Part shown: positions 60,330 through 64,000 of the stretch, piece after piece | How the letters are laid out: each line of letters starts with the position of its first letter | Position numbering within the stretch: the first letter of the stretch is position 1 | Assembly (NCBI GenBank): GCA_964016885.1 | Contig: OZ024747.1 | Location: forward strand, 6,324,001-6,388,000 | From: Eledone cirrhosa | Taxonomy: Eukaryota | Length of the DNA: 64,000 nucleotides | Direction: 5' to 3' | The notes under the pieces: generated by a model | Databases searched by the model: none | Told to the model about the DNA's origin: nothing | The model's input: the letters and a program-made list of their open reading frames with translations, nothing else | Translations under genes and position numbers: made by a program

Positions 60330-62420
60330 CATGTATATGTGTGTCTATACATGTGTGTGTATGTATGTCTATATATCTATACGTATGTATATGTGTGTAT
60401 ATCTATACATCTATATGTATGTATATGTGTGTATATCTATACATCTATATGTATGTATATGTGTGTATATCTATACATCTATATGTATATATGTGTGTAT
60501 ATCTATACATCTATACGTATGTATATGTGTGTATATCTATACATCTATATGTATGTATATATGTGTGTATATCTATACATCTATATGTATGTATATGTGT
60601 GTATATCTATACATCTATATGTATATAAATGTTTGTGTATCTATATATCTATACGTATGTATATGTGTGTATATCTATATATCTATACGTATGTATATGT
60701 GTGTATATCTATATATCTATACGTATGTATATGTGTGTATATCTATACATCTATACGTATGTATATGTGTGTATATCTATACATCTATATGTATGTATAT
60801 ATGTGTGTATATCTATACATCTATATGTATGTATGCGTGTGTATCTATACATCTATATGTATGTATATGTGTGTATATCTATACATCTATATGTATATAT
60901 ATGTTTGTGTATCTATATATCTATACGTATGTATATGTGTGTATATCTATACATCTATATGTATGTATATATGTGTGTATATCTATACATCTATATGTAT
61001 GTATATATGTGTGTATATCTATACATCTATATGTATGTATGCGTGTGTATCTATACATCTATATGTATGTGTGTGTGTGTATCTATACATCTATATGTAT
61101 GTATATGTGTGTGTATCTATATATCTATATGTATGTATATGTGTGTGTGTGTATCTATATATCTATACGTATGTATATGTGTGTGTATCTATATATCTAT
61201 ATGTATGTATATGTGTATCTATATATCTATACGTATGTATATGTGTATGTATCTATATCTATCTGGATCTATACATCTATACGTATTTAAATATATATGT
61301 GTATCTAACTATCTTGATCATTTATATATATATATATACGTACATATGATGAGCTATCTATCTGTACATGTGTATATATATATCTTTACATGTGTATATA
61401 TCTATCTTTACATGTGTATATATCTATCTTTACATGTGTATATATCTATCTTTACATGTGTATATATCTATCTTTACATGTGTATATATCTATCTATACA
61501 TGTGTGTATATCTATCTATACATGTGTGTATATCTATCTATACATGTGTGTATCTATCTATCTTTACATGTGTATATATATCTATACATGTGTGTATATA
61601 TCTATCTTTACATGTGTATATATATCTATCTTTACATGTGTATAAATATCTATCTTTACATGTGTATAAATATCTATCTATACATGTGTATAAATATCTA
61701 TCTATACATGTGTATATATATATCTATCTATACATGTGTATAAATATCTATCTATACATGTGTATATATATATCTATCTTTACATGTGTATATATATATA
61801 CATGTGTGTATATCTAAATATACATGTGTGTATCTATATACATGTGTGTATCTATATACATGTGTGTATCTATATACATATGTGTATATAAATACATGTA
61901 TATAAATATGTGTATATATATATACACATATGTATATATATATACACATATGTATATATATATACACATATGTATATATATATACACATATGTATATATA
62001 TATATACACATATGTATATATATATACACACATGTATATATATACATGTGTACATATATACACGTGTATATATATACATGTGTATCTATATACATATGTG
62101 TATCTATATACATATGTGTATCTATATACATATGTGTATCTATATACATATGTGTATCTATATACATATGTGTATCTATATACACGTGTGTATCTATATA
62201 CACGTGTGTATCTATATACACGTGTGTATATATATACACGTGTGTATATATATACACGTGTGTATATATATACATGTGTGTATATATATACATGTGTGTA
62301 TATATATACATGTGTGTATATATATACATGTGTGTATATATACACATGTGTGTATATATACACATGTGTGTATATATACACATGTGTGTATATATATACA
62401 TGTGTATATATACATCTATA
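60330..62420. repeat. Compound TA/TG/TC low-complexity arrays
   Basis: Visible periodicity. Confidence 0.93.
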
Positions 62421-62575
62421 TTATTCATCTATAGTAAAGAGAAGTAGCGGTAGATGTTATTTTTTTATAAAGACCTACCGTTAACCTTCTATCATTTGCT
62501 ATCGAAACGGCAGGAGCTTAACCGTAGGGCATAGAACCCTTATAAAATCGATACATATACACAGGCAAGTGCGAT

Positions 62576-62622
<47 letters not shown>

Positions 62623-62657
62623 ATGTCCAATTATATAAACATAAAAAGAGGAGGGAA

Positions 62658-62785
62658 CTGTTTCTACTTTAGGCACAAGGCCAGCAAATACCCAGTGTAT
62701 TACTGGTACTTTATTTTATCGACTCCGTAAGGATGAAAGGCAAAGTGAACCTCGGCGGGATTTGAACTCACTGCCAATCCATCGC
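62658..62785 (-). mobile_element. SINE-A, internally deleted
   Basis: Family motifs in reverse complement. Confidence 0.8.
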
Positions 62786-63093
62786 AACGGTAGTTATATT
62801 GTGTTCTCAAGTTCTTTATTGTTGTTGGTGTCTTTAAGAAAGGCATGAACATCACCTAATCTTCCCATATTTCTTCTCTCTTCTATTTAAACATAAGTAA
62901 ATCAATAGTTTCCGTAAGTTTATTATAATTATTTTCTGTTATCCGATACTGTGGAGGACTAAAACCAACACACCCAGTATTTAGTTAAGACACATGATTA
63001 GAATGTACAGACCTATGTATGACTGTATAGCAATATATATGTATTAGTATGTATGTATATATGCGTGTGTGTATATATATATGAACATTTCCT

Positions 63094-63186
63094 GATCCCG
63101 ACGGCTGAGCTCCTGCCATTTCAACAGCTAGATCCGAACAGTTCGAATCTAGCTGTTGAAACGGCAAGAGCTCAGTCGTCGGGGTC
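63094..63186. repeat. Imperfect ~46-bp-stem hairpin
   Basis: gatcccgacggctgagctcctgccatttcaacagctagatccgaac-a-gttcgaatctagctgttgaaacggcaagagctcagtcgtcggggtc. Confidence 0.85.
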
Positions 63187-63307
63187 CTGAATTATTACAT
63201 ATTACCCACTCTACTACCCCCAAATATCGAGTACTCTGGTGAGTAATGGTCTAACTGGTTGTTACTGCATCCATTCTGATATATATATAAGAGAGAGGGA
63301 GAAAGAG

Positions 63308-63371
63308 AGAAATGGATTTCCTGATGATTTCCTTCGACTGAAACAGTTCTAGTCCTGTAGAAACCATTTCT
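63308..63371 (+). ncRNA. Type I hammerhead ribozyme, second family, weak stem II
   Basis: Stem I agaaatgg(a)tttc/gaaaccatttct (12 bp plus one bulge); CUGAUGA at 63321-63327; stem II region tttccttcgact; GAAA at 63340-63343; stem III ACAG/CTGT; GUA triplet at 63357-63359. Confidence 0.68.
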
Positions 63372-63847
63372 ATATTAAATATTTATACTCTGCTATGTAT
63401 TGAGTACCTTACTTACTGTGGTTACCCCCGATTGAACCCGGGATACACACACACATATGTGTGTGTGTGCGTAGACACATCACACACAGGCATAAATACA
63501 GCATGTGTATTGTGTATAGTGATAAAAGTGATGTCTGTGTCTCTGTGAGAGAGAGAGAGAAAGAGAGACGTATATACACATCCCATCACAAAAATGTAGA
63601 AAAACTGTTAGACGTACTAAATACACAACAAAGGTGTCATACGACCACACTAGATGGGCTGAAGGAATATATCGCCATTAATAAGAGAACATCAAATATA
63701 AAATACCAAACACACATATGGCTAGGGCAGAACTACTAGTTTATACTAGGAAGACCTTTTTTTAACTTAGTACTTCCATAACATTAAAGAAAAGGTTTAA
63801 GCTGGACAGCGGTCATATTTTTTAAAACATATATGTGTGTGTATATA

Positions 63848-63902
<55 letters not shown>

Positions 63903-64000
63903 ATGTATATATATGTATGTGTGTGTATGTATATATATGTATGTGTGTGTATGTTTATATATATGTGTGTGTATGTATATATATGTGTGTGTATGTATAT

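Overview
Eukaryotic, AT-rich and almost entirely non-coding DNA dominated by microsatellites, minisatellites and short interspersed repeats. The repeat landscape looks like a coleoid cephalopod (Octopus-type) genome; this is inferred from repeat style only. The one convincing coding piece is a 297-bp phase-0 exon on the minus strand (12406-12702) encoding part of a NIDO domain (nidogen/alpha-tectorin/SNED1-like extracellular protein). Nearly all ORF-track entries are translated simple repeats. Interspersed repeats include a tRNA-derived SINE family (about 17 copies, some in inverted pairs), RTE-LINE fragments and RTE-tailed SINEs, piggyBac-like and mariner-like MITEs, and a non-autonomous Helitron. 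The most interesting signal is a set of small non-coding elements in or beside (TA)n tracts that carry type I hammerhead ribozyme folds (59942-60007 minus, 60089-60154 plus, 63308-63371 plus, degenerate 22925-22998 minus). Two of the elements are divergent inverted repeats, and they share a small downstream ACTC..GAGT stem, consistent with Penelope-like pseudo-LTR or retrozyme-type elements. All pairings were worked out by eye; no searches or folding programs were run.
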